A DNA stretch of 64,000 nt from Octopus sinensis (lineage: Eukaryota): positions 125,550,001 to 125,614,000 of the forward strand of contig NC_042999.1 of NCBI RefSeq assembly GCF_006345805.1, in the 5' to 3' direction. Position numbers and translations under genes: made by a program. The notes below the pieces were generated by a model. It had not been told where the DNA came from, ran no database searches, and saw only the letters and a program-made list of their open reading frames with translations. Positions 49,194-62,960 of this stretch are shown here, one piece after another (position 1 is the stretch's first letter; each line of letters begins with the position of its first letter).

Positions 49194-50810
49194 CTTTATA
49201 ACATGACTAATTAGAATGTAACACCCCACTCTAACCATTACTAACCATATAAAAATATAATTATTACAGCAATCATCATTTATTAATGCCCACAAAGGGT
49301 TAATTGAAAAAGAAGATAATTATTAGTCATCGTGAGGTAAAACTGTAAAAAGTAATGAAACAAAATTAAAACACTATAAAAACCAACTAAATAACAAAAC
49401 TATTAATGTAAACTCTGCAATGCTTATAGCAAAAAAATAAAAATTCTTGTCTTAAAAAATGTTTGTTATAAAAATAAAATAAGAGTTTTCTCAGTTACAT
49501 TTTAAAAAATTTTAATTCTTCTACATTTCTTATGAATAAGTTTTTAAAATAGAAACCAAAATTTCTAACAATAAATATTAAACAATTTTAATGATAGAGA
49601 ATAAAAATAAAAAAGAGTCCATATTTTGAAACTTTAAAATTTGGTTACAACTGTTTAAATTTTAAAAGAAAAAAGTTTATTAGACATATTAAAATTCAGT
49701 AGGTTTATAAAAAATTATTCAACAATTTATCAGTTTATTAGTTTAAGGTTGTTATGCAAGTGTAAGTATTTTTATAGTAATTTACTGACAAAGGTTATTG
49801 AAACATTGTTTCAGTAACATTCATATTTCACTATAGATTTAACTTTGTTAACAATTTTCAAAATTGTTTCAGATAAGCATTATGAGTGGTTATTTCAAAG
49901 AAAAGCATTTTAATGTAAAAGACTTGCCCCAAGAGCATATATTGCAAGAAAATCAAAAATAAGGCTAGAGTATTCTATATTTAGCTAGAGTTAATATTTT
50001 TTAGCAATGAAATCCAAGTAGGGCTGTGTCTTTAATATGAACATTTAAAATTTTCCATGATATATTACTTAAATATATATATTTAAAGATTTGCTTCTCC
50101 TACCAATGAGTCATCAAAAATTTATTTTATTATAAATGATAGAGCACCAATATTTTTAATGAAATAGCACAAAAGACCCTTAAAATAAATTGATTTTTCC
50201 TAATATCAAAAAAATAATACATTTCATTTCTGCTCATAATTGCAATACTTTAAATTGATCCAATCAACAGAGGAAATTCAACACATGCTTCTAAGCTCTT
50301 AATGTTTAGATTCCTATCTTCGAAATTTTACTCATGATCAGAAGTCTTTCATACAGAACTTCATTGTTTTCCATCCTTCCATACATCAATAACTTAAGAA
50401 AATTTAAAACCATGGTCAAATTTTTCCATATCACTCAAACTAATTAGTCCACCTATTCAGAATAGTTGCCAAATTTCTTTCAACAAATTCCCTACCAAGT
50501 TTAAAACAAGAACCAAATGAATTTAAGTCTTATGTATGAAAATAACTTACACCATGGCCAAGATGAGCACATTTTAAAGTGTTGATAAAATCTTATTTAT
50601 GCTACAGATCTATCCAATAGAACTGACAATGGCCACACAATAAAAACAATAAGGTATCTAATGTCTCCCATGACCAACAAAATCAAGTAACAAATTGCCA
50701 ATATAAACAAATGTTTCAAACTATGTACATTTTTACAACTGAAAAAACTAAATTTCCTGTAAATGGAAACATAGTTTTAATATGAATCTCCTCCACTTTA
50801 TAAGTATATA

Positions 50811-50985
50811 CCATCATTCAACGTCTATGTCCCATGTTGGTATGGATTAGATAGTCTGACAGATTTGACAGGTCCAAGAACTGCAATGTGTTCAATTGTC
50901 TATTTTGGCATGGTTTCTATGGCTGGATGCCCTTCCTAATGCTAACTACTTTATAGCACACACTCAGTGCTCTTTTCATGACAAT
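50811..50985 (-). mobile_element. Diverged RTE 3' tail
   Basis: GGCATGGTTTCTATGGCTGGATGCCCTTCCTAATGC is the reverse complement of the RTE tail. Confidence 0.75.
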
Positions 50986-53900
50986 AGAACAAGTAAGGTC
51001 ACCATACAGCTTGCAAGACAGGGCTTTATGTTTGGAAATGAAGGGTTAAAGTATGAGAGAAGGAGGTCTGTAGCTCTACCTCTCAAGTCCTTAATAATTT
51101 TATCTGCTGTTGATTTGAACTGCTTATCCCTCTGTATGGTCAGCATGAGGTAGCCCCTCTTCATCTCACACATTCACCACTTTCAGCAGCCTCTCATATT
51201 AGTACTAAGTGAGTAAATTGATTTTAATGTTTGTAGAACAACATACTTAAAAGAGATGGTTTCCCTTCCCACACATACATATATATATACATACATACAC
51301 ACACAAGCATGCATATAGACACACAAAGGATAGTTTATACAAATGGGAGAAATAGAACTCAATGCATAAAGTAGAATACTAATATTACTTTATGATGATG
51401 TACTTCTTAGTTACATAAATTATATATATGACTAAGACGTCCAAAATTCAAATAAAGAACTTAATACAAGCCGTATGTAGAATTATATAAAATGAATGTT
51501 GTTTATGATTTACAAAATGCCTGAGTTTTCACATCATCTGAGAATAAAAGACATTCTACAAGACAGTTAAATAGATGCTACTGCATTACTTAAGAACTAA
51601 AAGGCCTAAAAACATTAGAAGCAAAGCAAATGCATAAAATAATGAAAAAAAAGGGTGTGTATATGGGGGGAGGTTTTTGCCTTTAAGTTCTTATTAGTAT
51701 ATACTGAACTGTATTTTAGAATACCTCTTATATTCTCAATCTATGCTGAGACAGTAACGCTTTGTAAATCACAAGAAGAATGGACGCTTTGTAAATCACA
51801 AGAGAATATATGGACACATTCTCTTTTTATTGTACGAGATTCATGGTTAGGTATTATATGATTGAAATATACATTATATGAATGCATGCTGTAAGAAGTG
51901 ACTAAAAGGCCACCTTGCTGCAAAATACTTTCTCAAAAAATGACAGCATAAGAAAGCAAAGAGATGATATATATAACTGCAAGCATATGCATATACAGGT
52001 TGATATATGAGAAAGAGGGAAAGAGAGATGAAGAGATCATGCCTATAACTTGATTACTCTATCCCAAGAAGGTATAGAAAGTAAAGACTGCATGTATTTC
52101 AATATAAACTTGGAATGTTAATGTGTCATTTTAAATAAGTATGATAGCATAATTATACTAGATTTTAAAATTCATTTTTCCATCATGAATTAACTAAATG
52201 TGTCAAGAATTTATAAATACATGAAATATAGTTGAGAATAGCCAACCAGCTCTACTCAAGTGTAACTGATTGAATAGTTTCAGAATAACCTAAAGCAAAC
52301 CAAATATGTGTTGCTTAAATCTGATATAAGACTGTACTTATATCCCATGGCAGAATATTATAGTGTAACAATTGTCAATCATATAGTCAGTTTGCTACCC
52401 TGGTGCAGTTTGCAATAGAAATTGGTTCTGTAGATTCCATGGATACATAGTAAATTTAAATCCTCACATTTATTATAGAGCATATGGCAATTCAGTAATG
52501 AGTCTTGCTTTAGTATATAGAGATGCAAATGATGCAACAACAATTTCAATATGCATTTTAGGAATGTGCAGGTGTAATGGAGAGACAATGAGTTTAAGAT
52601 GTATTGTACAAGTGTTCTGATTATTTAGCTCCAAATCATCGTTAAACTAATAGACATATAATCCAAGACATTTCAGCAATGACTTTTCCACCTTTTATTG
52701 AAAGTGTATGTCAGACATGTTTAAAAGCTAGCCAATGAAGGAGCCTCTACACAATTGCTCAAGAAATAGCACCCACATCTCACTCAATTGTTTTAGTTGT
52801 GCTTTCAAGCTCGCTCTCTCTTTCTCTCTCAGTTTTTCTCTTAATATTAGAACAATTAATGTCCAAAATGATTCAGTGTTTCAATTGAAAGACATGTATT
52901 AGACAGTTTTTGTTTAGGATATGGTATCCAATATTTGCTGTGGTTGAAAACACAAAACAAACACCACCTTCCTTTGTGTCACCACTCACTCCTCTCTCTC
53001 TTTCTCACGCCATCCTATATCAGCAGTTAATGATTAAAAAATAAAGGATGTTGTTTTACATAGGTGCTTGTACATAACCAGGAGTACAAATTGAAATGCA
53101 AAAGAACAAAACAATAAATGGATTTATGAATGAAAGTTTGGTAATTGCTTTTATTTCCACCACGTGACACTTATTATTGCAAGCATGTTTTAACTAACCT
53201 AAACTATACACGCACACAAATACATTCATATATATATATCTCGAGTTGTAGCTGTAATTCAAAGGGGCCAACATTGTCATATTGTGTGGGGTGTAGTTCT
53301 CCTTGAGAACTACGTTAATGTTATGCATGTTTGTGGAGTACTCAGCCATTTGTGAGTTAATTTTATCCTCGTGTGGTAATGAAAAGTGAAACTGACATCC
53401 AATATTTGCTGCTTATCTGTGTACGAGCTTTTCTTTGGATTTATGCATCTACTTTCTCTCTCTTTCACTTTCTTTGTGTCCCTTTTCTCTCACGCTTTTG
53501 ATTTAACAAAGTGTATATGTATCTATGTATCTACTTCTCTTGCGATATGATAAACATTTAAAACACAAAATGAACGCCGTCACCACTCAGTCTCTTTCAC
53601 TCACCCTCTTTCTCTCTCACTCTCTCTTGCTTTGCCACTTCTTTAAAGTAACTGTGACACACACATCAGGTACATACAAAAGCAAAAAGTTAGCATATTA
53701 ATATTACTGATGATGCTGTTGTTGAGCAACTGAAATTTCATATCATTTATGCTGTAACAAGATTATAATTGAGATTTTAATTTAAATAACACTTTACTCC
53801 GGGCTATCTCAAGTATATTAGTATTAAAAGGGTTAAAGTAAACATGCATTCACTAAAGGCATATTTCATTAAACAGAAAATAAGCTACACAATATGAGAT

Positions 53901-56354
53901 CAGGCCATACAATGCAATATTCTTTCTGAAAAATAGGATGTGGAAACAGGAAAAAGAGAAAAAAAAAGAGCTAAATCATGGCTCTAAAATATGAGACTTC
54001 CAATAATCAATGATTTCCATACAAATAGTCCTCCAAAATTGAAGAAAAAAAAAGAAAAAAGAAAAAAAGTAAAAAAAAAGAGAATGTATGTTCCAAAAGG
54101 ATTTTCAAATATGAGTCATCGTCACTATCATTAATGATTTTATGCCTGCTGTTTTATTGCTACTTGGGTTGAAGAAGTAAAAAAAACAGCATCTTTCTAC
54201 ATGTCTTTACACCGAAAAAGATTTTGTAAAGGTTGCAGCTGTCTGTTTATTTTTAAAATGGCTAGGATTCTCTTATTAATTAGCAACTGCTAAGTTAGAA
54301 CAGAAGACACAAGAGACATTTTTTTTTATACTGACAACAGCACCACAGAAGTTGTCTTCAGAAACCTATAACCCTTCTATTCAGTTCAGGATACAATGAA
54401 CAAAACAATAAATCAAGTTATGTGTGTTTGCTATGTACAACAATACTTAGCTTGAATTCCATAGAATGAATACAAAACATGAGCCAGATAAAAGAAAGAA
54501 TTGGTGTCAATGTCAGCCATACTGATGTGGTAAATTTTCTACATTATAAACCTATAAAGCATTCAAACATACGAGAAAGCTCAATGAATGAAATATCATT
54601 TTTGACTCTGATATTACTTAAGTTATAGGACTAGATTGGATTATAACAAAACTTGGTATCAAGCACTGCAAAAGAATTTATTTCAAATTTTCCTATCCAA
54701 TAGTTGATATATAATTCATTATCCCTAAAAGGATGGAAACCATATTTCAAAACTAATATTTGTGACAGGAAAGAAAATTTGCTCTCAGATATTTGTAAAA
54801 GAGGACATTTTATAAATATTTGGCAGTATTTTTTCTAAAATGTATATGAATTGATAACTTGCAATAGCTATTGGTTAAAATGCACCCAAAGTAATGATCC
54901 AAGCGAAGTATTTCATCTAATTTGTCCATTGGATTTCAAAGATTTCTACTCTAACTTAATATTACATTAGAAAATTATTATCATACAAGATTCCTCTATG
55001 CTATGGAAACTCTGGTTATGGTTTCAAATGTGGTTACATATTCTTCACAAGAGTTTTGTAGAAATGCATTGTATTCTATAACTTAAAAAAAAAAAGGTTT
55101 CCACTGTAGCATATCCTTATAATAGCAAATTCTTCAGGAATACAAATTTTCCAGAATGAAAAGTATTGCAGTACTTATACAGATTCAAAATTTTAACCAA
55201 AAATTCTTAAATATTTCTTTTGAGGTGTATGGAACAGCAACAATTAAAATTTCATTATGTCAATACAAGGCATCATCATCACCATCATTTAATGTCCAAT
55301 GACCATGCTGGTATGGGTTGGACAGAGAGAGAATGTATGTGTGTGTGTGTGTGTGTATTAACAACAACAAAATCTGCCAATGTTGCTGTTTACTTTTTAG
55401 AAATCTTGGCTAGGGGAGTAGAATGAGAAGACATTTTTCTTTTTTTTTGTTATATTGAAAATTAAGAGATGAGAACATTACTCAATCTCTCAAGAGTGAA
55501 TATATAAGAGAAATCAATTTTGTTGTCTCACACAAGTTCAAATTATAGAGAAAATATATCAATAATTTGTTTTAGCTGGCCATTATACCCAAAACAGAGA
55601 GAGGGAAGTCTACAAAAATATATAGCTTTTGTGAACAATGTAGTATAAAATGAGGCAGTTTAATTGTAAATAATAATAGTTAATGAGTTAATGGTTGTCT
55701 GAAAACTTTTTTATCTTGGTGTTTCAAAATTTTAATTCCTTTAAAACTCCTGTTACTAGAGTGTCACATATATTTTAGATTTAGTTAAATGCTTTTAGAT
55801 AAATGTTTTATAACAATATTACAGGGACAATTTTGAAAGTTCATCACTGCGGACATGTGTCAGAGATTCAACAACACTGCCTCAGAATAGTGGGAAAATG
55901 TTAAGCACTGAAGACTATAACAAGCGTAAAATAAATAAAATAACAATCATAACCATCAGATTCATTCATTTCCACAACAGAGACAAATCTTGAATACTGT
56001 ACTACTTCATAACAATAAAGAATAAAGATTCTGCCAAGTAACTAAGTACATGTGTAAATAACTGCTTCAATAAATCTGTGATCTATTGATAGTGATATAC
56101 ACTTTGTGTAATAATAGAAAGAAGATGAAATATCATGAAGTAAATATTTGTCTACTCCAGTCAAGAAAGCTTCAATAATAATAGGCCACAAGAGTTATTT
56201 TTGTTTGGACTTTAAATGTGAATAAATAAAGACACATTGTATCTCCATTTACTTTTATATTATTCTTTCTTAAAATAATCTTGATTATCAAAATCATAAT
56301 TTATTAAACGCAAGCAATTATTAACATATATAATTATTTTCCTTAGTTTGTTAA

Positions 56355-56426
56355 TATATATATACATATATATATTATATATATATACATATATATACAC
56401 ACACACACATATATACACACACACAT

Positions 56427-56459
<33 letters not shown>

Positions 56460-56460
56460 C
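56355..56460. repeat. (TA)/(CA) microsatellite
   Basis: Seen directly. Confidence 0.92.
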
Positions 56461-57419
56461 AGAGAACTATCTTTAGTTCCATTAATATTCAAAAAGCAGT
56501 TATATGAAGAAAAGTAATAAAGAAATAAATCAAATATAAAAAGAAATGTTCATTCAATGTAGCTATTGGTAATTGCCATCAACTATCAGCCATTGTCAAT
56601 CTAAGCAACAATATGCTTAACTGGCACAAAATGCACTTTTACCATATTTATTGCTACAACAGTGATCAATGACATTGAATAAAATCCACTTAAGGAATTC
56701 AAGCGGAATAAGTGATATTTTAAACTGAAAGAAAGAAATTTAAAAAAATACAAATGGGAAATGTACACAGACACAATTTTGTCTATTTGTGATCTAAAGT
56801 CAAAGCTGAAACATCTACATTTCCCACTCATATACTTGTATATTAAAAAATAGTAATAATAATAATAATCAACAATACCTATCAAATATTATGTACAGGG
56901 AAGAGGTGGCTTTGTTACATGCATGTCTTTTGCAAGAGCATAGGGATAAGAATAAAATGTACTAACTGTGGCTAGTAATCAGTATGGCAGTTACATCCTA
57001 AGATGCAGATCCTATATAAACATCCCCTAAAGATGCAGAAGAGCTCATTGACAGGAAAGAAATTTGTTTGACAGAGGATCAAGAAAAGGTGGTTGGAAAT
57101 TGTCATAGCTGATGAACTACAAGTGACTTGGCTCTTTCTAGAACTGCTAATATTAAAATGGCCTGTTTCCCTGAACTATCAAACTGAATACTACCTCTAC
57201 TCTTATCAATTTGATGTACCCATCTTTAGCTCCCTTATTACATCTCATTTATCCTCACACTTTGTGCAAAATATTTTTCATAATCACCTTCTTGCAGATT
57301 CCTACAGGTATTTAAACTGAATATCAACTACTAGGACCATTACCCCCATTTCTTTTTAAGCAGATTATTTTTTTAAAATGTAAAAGTTTACTCAAGGCTA
57401 GAACAAAATTCAAGGGAAA

Positions 57420-57690
57420 TTCAGTGAAGAATCTTATGTGCAGATGGATGATATCGGAGTATCATCCCCCAACTCTTTTTTTTCTTTCTAACAAAGTTTT
57501 TGAGAAAATAACAGAATTCAAGATTGAATCTGTTTTGGAACTGTTATATATCAATGACCTATTTTTTGTTGTACTGCCAAAGAGTTGCATAAAAAGTTCT
57601 GAACATGGAGGAAAAATCCTTTGACCAAATGACTTAAAAGCCGAGAGTGGAAAAGCCAAAGTAGTGATAAGTAAGACAGAGCACAAAAAC
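57420..57690 (+). pseudogene. Old RTE RT fragment
   Basis: ITEFKIESVLELLYINDL resembles ITEEFKTGCLWELLYADDL of the 29980 element. Confidence 0.5.
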
Positions 57691-59194
57691 CAAAAAATAA
57701 TAAAACATAAAAAAAACAAAAAAACAATGCATTCAAGTGGATTTGTTGAATATATAGAAAAGGAATGGGTAAGAAAATCTGTACTATGAAATGAAGTACA
57801 TAAATTCCTCAGAATAGGAGAAATTGTTGCTACCTAGTCAACAATTTTTACCATTTCAACACTATTTGATGACTGAATTTAAAAAAAAGTTATGAAATAA
57901 GTACAGAGAGCTGTTATCTCCATTGGTGGATACAAAAAGTTTTTCTCTCAATATAAAAAGAAAAAAATATGTATTAATTATTTGGGTTTTTTTTTTTCAA
58001 GAAATGGCGATATATTTCAGTTGCATTAAAACCATGTCAGCATGGAAAAACCAGGCAAATGATTATAATAACTTTATAGGATGTATATTATCTATATATG
58101 AGTGAATGGAATAAGTGATGAGCAGTAACAGAAAAGGTGATGGTGAATACTAGAAGTGCTAAGTAAAAGGTACTCCTACTTAAATGTCAACATTTCATGA
58201 AATTCAACACAGTAATAAAAAGTCAACATTGATCTCAAAAATTTGATATTTCCTGTCATTGTGAACAACCACTTTGCTCAATAATACTTAGCAGAATTCT
58301 GCCTCACTTGCTACAGAGCTAATTACCAAGTCCTCACATAAACCATTTATATTTATAAGGAAGATATAGTTGTTTGCTTCAAGTCAACATATTTTATAAA
58401 CCCCTATATGCATGAAAAGTCAAGTTCCCAAACACTAAATCTTAAATTGAAATTTAAGAGGAATGAAATTAGATACTGTAATGTACTTTGCCTAAAAATC
58501 TACTGTTACTTTTATTTTTAGTGCTCTAATGTGCTAATTATTGATTTCTAACATTAGCATGAGGTCACAATTTTGTAATAAATAGATGTAGATAACTGAG
58601 TTGAGCCTAAAGCATTACAGCTATTATTTTATTGATCCTGGATAGATATATGGCAAAGCTGTTCCCAGCAAGAAGTACATATTAAACTAAACACTGTAAA
58701 GCATTTAGTTTGAATTCTGCTACTTCTTGTCAACAAGTACCCAATTATGTATTAACTACTAACATGATTATTAGAGCGGTATAACAGAAATAATAGTCTA
58801 TTCTTTCATACTTTCAGGGTTGATAAAATATATTATTGTTGTTGTTTATCAGCAGACTGACCCTCAGGCATGCAGGTCTATATTATCAAATGTATCCTTT
58901 CATTATTTAAGATGGGTGTGATTTGAGGAAGATCTGGTTGCTTTTTCTATATGACGAGCAGCTATAATAGAGGTTCTCTTGTTGGCATGTTTTTTCCTTG
59001 GATTGATATATACCAATAATGCTCGTTTCTTAAAATTTCGTGGCCTTGTGCTAGTCTTAGAAATTATTATTAATATAGAAGCAACAAAAGCTTAAATTTT
59101 TTTCATCTCTTTTTTTCATACCCTGGTTTAGATTGTTTGGAGCTACTGCCTACCTAGATAGATTGGGAAACATGTCTTACATCCACAATTTCAT

Positions 59195-59527
59195 GCAGCC
59201 CCGACTGGCCTCCGTGCCGGTGGCACGTAAAAAGCACCATCCGATCGTGGCCGTTGCCAGCCTTGCCTGGCCCCCGTGCCGGTGGCACATAAAAAGCACC
59301 ATCCGTCCGTGGCCGTTTGCCAGCTCCATCTGGCACCTGTGCGGGTGGCACGTAAAAAGCACCCACTACACTCACGGAGTGGTTGGCGTTAGGAAGGGCA
59401 TCCAGCCGTAGAAACACTGCCAGATCAGACTGGGTCTGATGCAGCCTTCTGGCTTCACAGACCCCAGTTGAACCGTCCAACCCATGCTAGCATGGAAAGC
59501 AGATGCTAAATGATGATGATGATGATG
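59195..59527 (+). mobile_element. RTE 3'UTR fragment (about 3 repeat units plus tail)
   Basis: GTGCCGGTGGCAC units, CCATGCTAGCATGG, (ATG)n. Confidence 0.92.
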
Positions 59528-61399
59528 AAAGACATCCAATCAGAAAAACTATCACCAACTGCTTTATAGAGTGCACAGAGTGCAATTAATACTATCAGCA
59601 CTAGAGAGGTTGTCTTGTCCTTAGCAAAACTAAAGTGTCCTTTCTACAATGTTTGTTTTTACACCAGCAATAGAATGTCCTTAGTAAAACTAAAAAAAAT
59701 TTCACTTTCTTTGCATTGTCTCTGTATTTTCATTCGTTTCTTTCCTATACAAATTAGGAAAGAATTAGACTGAGATGATGACAAAAGTGTAAAAGAAGAG
59801 AAGCATCCAGTGATTGGAACAAGAGAATAGATGAGAGAGTGAGAGACAGCTACTACATGAAGATTGTTGATAAGAAGATTGAATAGAAACAACACGACTA
59901 GTGTCATAGAAAAAGAGAGAGTGCAGAAAGCGAGAGGTGACAGAGAGCAATGAGTAAGAGACTATGGTGTGAGAGTGATGGATATCAGCAATAAGTGATG
60001 GAGGGAAACAGAAAAAGATGGTTTGTAGAAAAGAAAAGGAGGGGATTGACAATAGATAAATCCAATGATGTCATTCCTTGTTACATAGGTGGCATGATAG
60101 GAGGAAGATAGAACTGTAGGGAGCATAGTGGTACAAGAGAGGCTGAGCGTACTTTGAGACAAAATGAGATAGTAATAAAGAGTGGCAGAAGTGGATAGCA
60201 GTATGTAGAGATTTAACATGAACATAATGGTTGAGGGAGATACTAATATAGATATTATATATACCAATCTCCATCACCATTACCATCTTTTTTATGTCTG
60301 TTTTTCCATTCAGAAGTAAATTGAAGAGACAGTTATAAATACGAACAGAATAGGAAATCAGTTATTAGACATTTTACCATGAAAATTAAAATATTTTAAT
60401 AAGCTTTAGAATTGTTTTACTTAAGAAAAGTATGATGACAATAATAATGATGCTTGACATTGTTTTGTCAAGCTATGTTAAAAGCTTGGACTGCTAAAGA
60501 GGGTAGTAGTGATCCTGGAAGATTTTTGGATCTGAAAATCTATGAAGGCAGATTTTCAAGTCTGGTGGAGATAGTGACCAGTATGGCAAGTCACTGTGCA
60601 GGGTGACAGGACTTCTAATGTCACATTTCAATAAACTGCGAGGAAATGATGTAAAAAAAAAAAAAGTAGCTGGTATCTCAGAAACAAGTAACAAACCTAA
60701 ACAAAAAGAAATTGAATATGGTGCAGGATGGTAGCAGTAACTAGTATTTGATGCTTGGTAGAAGAACTTGCAATTACAACAAGGATCACATGATCTTGTT
60801 AGTTTATAAGCAGCCAAAATCCAAAGGTATGCCTGACTAATATCTGGTAAATATTTGGTGGATGTAGCCAATTCAGCTACTTAGACTCTAATTGCAAGCA
60901 ATGTTTTAATTTCTCTTCCTGCCTAACCATGAGGCTCTGATATATAAAGTGACCCCACATCTGTTGGAGTACATTGCTGTCATATCAATACTATATCTAG
61001 AGATGTCTATTTTGAGCTTAACTGTGGATGCTAGAGTAGTTCCTTGAAATGTGCATTGTCCTCATCCAAATAAAATAAGAAATATGTGTTAGTCACTCAA
61101 GGATGGAGCAAACTAAAGAAATGGATCCAACAACTCTGATTGTTGATCATCATTAGCAGTATATTCTCAGGATGAAGCAGTAAACTGGTCTTGAAGAGCT
61201 GACATATAAAATTGTCTTCATCTAGGACACAAAATAAAAGGGAGCTATGGATAAAAAGATCAGTGAGGCTTCATGTCGTCTTCCAAGTGCATGACCAGCC
61301 CGAATAGTGTGGCAGAGGTTATCAATGAGAAAAGTGAGAAAATAAGGGACATCTCTGAGGTCGGTGGACTGTCAGAAGATCAATTTAGCATCAACTAGT

Positions 61400-61760
61400 C
61401 CTCGGGCTGTTTCTTGATATGCCTCTCTCAAGAAGAATGCTCCAATGATAAACAAAGATAAATTCTGGAATTCCACTGACATTCATCTCCAATTGATTGA
61501 CCAAGATAAACACAACCTGATGGGCAGTGATCTGAATGGCAAAGTGGGTGAAGCAAGGGACAGCTACACTAAATTTCATAGTGGAAGGGAATATGGTGAT
61601 TAAGACAATAAAGAGAATGACACCATAACCTTTACCACAACTTATGACCAGGGCATTCTCAATACTTTCTTTACAAAGAAGACTACGTATCAGTAGCAGA
61701 CAGCTAATTTAGATTGACTACTGGATGCTGCACCAACATAGCTTAAGACCAAGGTGATCC
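61400..61760 (+). pseudogene. Degenerate LINE AP-endonuclease remnant
   Basis: MGSDLNGKVGE resembles the GDLNGHVG motif and IDYW resembles QIDY; interrupted by stops. Confidence 0.4.
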
Positions 61761-61864
61761 CATCAGGTTTTATTTTCTCACAATACTGCATACTCACCCT
61801 CAGTCTTAGTTTTGGCTTACAATGATTATTTAATTGTCTATATTTGTATGTGTGTGATTTGTGT

Positions 61865-61876
61865 AAGCATATGTGT

Positions 61877-61924
<48 letters not shown>

Positions 61925-61950
61925 TGTGTGTGTATGTGTGCATGTATGTA
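61865..61950. repeat. (TA)/(TG) microsatellite
   Basis: Seen directly. Confidence 0.9.
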
Positions 61951-62908
61951 TATAATTAGAGTTAGTATTGAATATGTATAGATTTTCTATTATAAAAGAA
62001 ATCATTTTGGAAGTTATTTGCTGTCAGTATATCATCATAGGGTTTTAAGTTAAAATTAACATAATTTTGAAAATCTTTAAAAACTATTTCAATGAATAAA
62101 AATATGCCTTGCTTGGAAGGAGGAAACAAATATCTTACTGAGGTATGAAATTTATTAGATTTCAAAAATATTTTTCTGAGAGTTTACAGGAAAGTTTTAT
62201 AGTAAAAAAGTTATGTAATGAATATAATGAAGTGTGAAGGAAATGGTTTTGATCCGGGATTGAAGTTTTGCTATTACCTTCTGACCTTAAAAGGCTAAAT
62301 CTATTCTTTTAAAGTTGAGTTTTTCCTATTTTTCTGATTCTTTGAACTTCTTAAATATGTCTGCAAGTCAACATGTGTAAAGCAATAATGATTTGGTATG
62401 CAGTGGTCATTGTGGAGACTGCAATGCTGCACTATTAAATTGTGGATTATAAAGAAGCAGTCCATTTTTTTTCCCCCCCTGTGAACCTCTTAAATGTGGC
62501 TGTTTGTCATTCAAGATACAAACATCCCGATGTTTTGATTATCTAAAACTACATTATTACAATATGTACTTTCTATTTTAAGGGCATAGGACTTGATTTA
62601 ATAGATATTTGACAGTTATTTCCATTACCAACTGACTAATGTGGGGGAACCTATTATTAGTTCATAGACCCTATAACTGCTATTCAGTTTAAGGGTTTGA
62701 CAAACTATCCCTACTGTCAAAATATACTGTTGCTACAAAATTTACACAAAAAAGAAAAATTAGTATCAAATGCTAGAGAAAGATAAAAAAATATATATAT
62801 TTTAAATTTTTTTCTCATAAAAGTTTAATAAACATATACTCTACTAAAAGTATTGAATAATCCTTCAGTCTAACATTAGATCATTTTTATATATAATTTG
62901 ATATAAAA

Positions 62909-62913
<5 letters not shown>

Positions 62914-62958
<45 letters not shown>
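62914..62958. repeat. (TA)n microsatellite
   Basis: Seen directly. Confidence 0.95.

Positions 62959-62960
<2 letters not shown>

Noticed and set aside
50541-50620. Strong donor GGT|GTAAGT on the minus strand
   Set aside because: No upstream frame resembles AP1G1 and there is no convincing acceptor.
58308-58310. Possible 3-nt microexon (gtag|CAA|gtgagg, minus strand)
   Set aside because: Good donor but poor pyrimidine tract; expected by chance in a 16-kb intron.
60494-60871. 125-aa minus-strand ORF
   Set aside because: No recognisable motif; probably the antisense of a decayed plus-strand LINE.
60959-60976. Possible AP1G1 microexon QCTPT(D) (ag|CAATGTACTCCAACAGAT|gt)
   Set aside because: Resembles my unverified recollection of an invertebrate insert at this position, but it has no pyrimidine tract, a weak GTGGGG donor and sits in a degenerate LINE-like region.
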